17,069 bases of DNA from Promethearchaeia archaeon (GTDB taxonomy: Archaea > Asgardarchaeota > Lokiarchaeia > Sigyniarchaeales > SOKP01), in assembly GCA_046497275.1 (NCBI GenBank), contig JAWOFX010000074.1, forward strand, positions 1 through 17,069, read 5' to 3'. The position numbers and the translations under genes were made by a program. The notes below the pieces were generated by a model, which did not search any database, was not told the DNA's origin, and saw nothing but the letters and a program-made list of their open reading frames with translations. Each line of letters opens with the position of its first letter. Position 1 is the first letter of the stretch. This document shows positions 15,814-17,069 of the stretch, one piece after another.

Positions 15814-16863
15814 CTATTCTTTATCAACATCAATAAAAACTTTCATTACTTCATCTTTTTTATTATCAATATATTTATAAGCTTTATCATAATCTTCGAA
15901 TGAAAAATGCATGGTCATCAATGGTTCAAGGATTATTTTTCTGGTAGCTACAAGCTCGATAGCTTTATGATAGTCATCTCTTTGGTACATTAAAGTGCCA
16001 ATCAGTTTGAGTTCATGATCTTGTACAAATCCAAGATTAATCGCTGGTTTTTCACCATAAACACCAACGATAATGATTTCTGATCCTTTTCTTGCGTTTT
16101 CAATTGCAGCATCTATTGTTTCATTAACACCAACACATTCAATTATCAAATCCGCTTTGTCTGGTCCAAAGGCGTTTATAATTTCTTCAGATAAATTTTG
16201 TCTGATTGGATTATTGGTAAAATCAATTCCTACTTCTTTTGCAATTCCTAGTCGAAAATCACTTAAATCCGTAATCATTACTGCTTTTGCTCCTAGCGCT
16301 TTTGTTACTTGTCCTACTAAGTTTCCAATAGGGCCCGCTCCCATGATTAAAACATTAAAGCCCTTAACATCTTCACCTCTTAACACCGCGTGAACAGCTA
16401 CAGCACATGGTTCAATCATTGCGCCCTGTTCAAAGGTCATATCATCAGGAAGTTTAACAATTTTTTCTGAATCAACCGCAAAAAACTCGGAACCCACACC
16501 AGTTATTTGAAATCCCATAACCTTTAAATCATCACAAATATGATACTCTCCATGATTGCATTGATAACATTGATTGCATACCACTTGAGGTAGAATAGTC
16601 ACCTTGTCACCTGATTCAAGATTCTTTACGCTTGAACCAACTTTTTCGATTTTACCTGAAACCTCGTGACCTTGAGTAATAGGATAGCTAGTATAGGGAT
16701 GCTTTCCATGATACACATGAATATCGCTTCCACAGATACCAATTCTCATTATTTTTATGAGAACATCATTTTCCTTTAAATCTGGAACTGGAATATTGTG
16801 AAACTCTAATTTGCCAGGAGCTGTCAATACTTCTTGTCGCATTACTTTCATTATTTTTTTCAT
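15814..16863 (-). CDS. Zinc-dependent medium-chain dehydrogenase (sugar/polyol dehydrogenase-like, NAD-type)
   Basis: Contains CGSDIH, GHEVSG, structural-Zn motif CNQCYQC-x7-C, EPCAVAVHA, Rossmann GAGPIG and an acidic residue at TDLSDFR. Confidence 0.95.
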   Translation of the reverse strand: MKKIMKVMRQEVLTAPGKLEFHNIPVPDLKENDVLIKIMRIGICGSDIHVYHGKHPYTSYPITQGHEVSGKIEKVGSSVKNLESGDKVTILPQVVCNQCYQCNHGEYHICDDLKVMGFQITGVGSEFFAVDSEKIVKLPDDMTFEQGAMIEPCAVAVHAVLRGEDVKGFNVLIMGAGPIGNLVGQVTKALGAKAVMITDLSDFRLGIAKEVGIDFTNNPIRQNLSEEIINAFGPDKADLIIECVGVNETIDAAIENARKGSEIIIVGVYGEKPAINLGFVQDHELKLIGTLMYQRDDYHKAIELVATRKIILEPLMTMHFSFEDYDKAYKYIDNKKDEVMKVFIDVDKE

Positions 16864-16950
16864 CCTTAATTATACTATAAAAATTAATTAGATTATAATT
16901 AATTATCCAATAATAAGAAAAAATTAAAATTATACATAATCAGATTAAAC

Positions 16951-17069
16951 ATGACCTCTGAAGATAAATATAAACCAACCTGGAATTCTTTAAAAAGGCA
17001 TAGAAATCCAGAATGGCTTGATGATGCTAAATTTGGCATCTATTACCATTGGGGAATCTATTCCGTCCC
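16951..17069 (+). CDS. Alpha-L-fucosidase (GH29), 5' part only
   Basis: Not in the ORF track. [40 protein letters not shown] matches the GH29 N-terminal signature Y-x-PTW-x-SL...PEW-x-x-DAKFGI-x-x-HWG-x-YSVP. Confidence 0.92.
   Translation, partial: MTSEDKYKPTWNSLKRHRNPEWLDDAKFGIYYHWGIYSV

Noticed and set aside
1284-15816. Genome-wide TAG recoding
   Set aside because: TAG ends apparently complete genes (1284-1286, 12568-12570, 15814-15816), and no conserved domain in the window is interrupted by TAG.
103-16393. Short or antisense ORFs in the track (103-342, 460-1161, 947-1147, 3544-3819, 4645-4833, 5939-6148, 6659-6874, 7947-8168, 8076-8258, 9265-9447, 9512-9724, 10698-10886, 11693-11899, 12168-12395, 14316-14534, 14620-14805, 14768-14968, 15721-15903, 16073-16393)
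   Set aside because: They are shadows of well-supported genes on the opposite strand or frame, or low-complexity AT-rich ORFs with no recognisable motifs.
16895-16906. Palindrome ATAATTAATTAT in the ADH/fucosidase divergent promoter
   Set aside because: It is entirely A/T within an almost pure A/T region, so it carries no information.

Overview
This is AT-rich prokaryotic DNA, most likely from an Asgard archaeon of the Lokiarchaeota type. That assignment is inferred from a Loki-CTERM-like PGY/TM/basic tail, a GGTGA Shine-Dalgarno site and the gene content. The window holds a full set of 2-oxoacid:ferredoxin oxidoreductase (POR/VOR-type) subunits on the minus strand in canonical gamma-delta-alpha-beta order, but spread over about 10 kb: a gamma-delta fusion (12753-13754), alpha (5878-7092) and beta (3368-4459). 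The main result is that the beta subunit is circularly permuted. Its canonical C-terminal half comes first, its canonical N-terminal half comes last, and the cut falls inside the thiamine-diphosphate-binding GDG...(D/N)N motif, while all four cluster cysteines are kept. Other intact genes encode a crotonase, a CorA-like 2-TM protein, a cold-shock protein, a winged-helix protein, a membrane-anchored PQQ-like propeller, a B12-binding radical SAM enzyme, a zinc-ribbon membrane protein, DUF3795, a PaaI-type thioesterase, and Zn- and Fe-dependent alcohol dehydrogenases that abut in frame across one TAG. yjbQ and a GH29 alpha-L-fucosidase are cut by the window edges and are missing from the ORF track. 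Several relics are visible: an acyl-CoA dehydrogenase/enoyl-CoA hydratase chimera, a 3-hydroxyacyl-CoA dehydrogenase stub with an ACG in place of the start codon, an orphan sorting-signal tail and a possible MITE. No rRNA, tRNA or CRISPR array was seen. All family calls come from motif recognition by eye, with no database searches.
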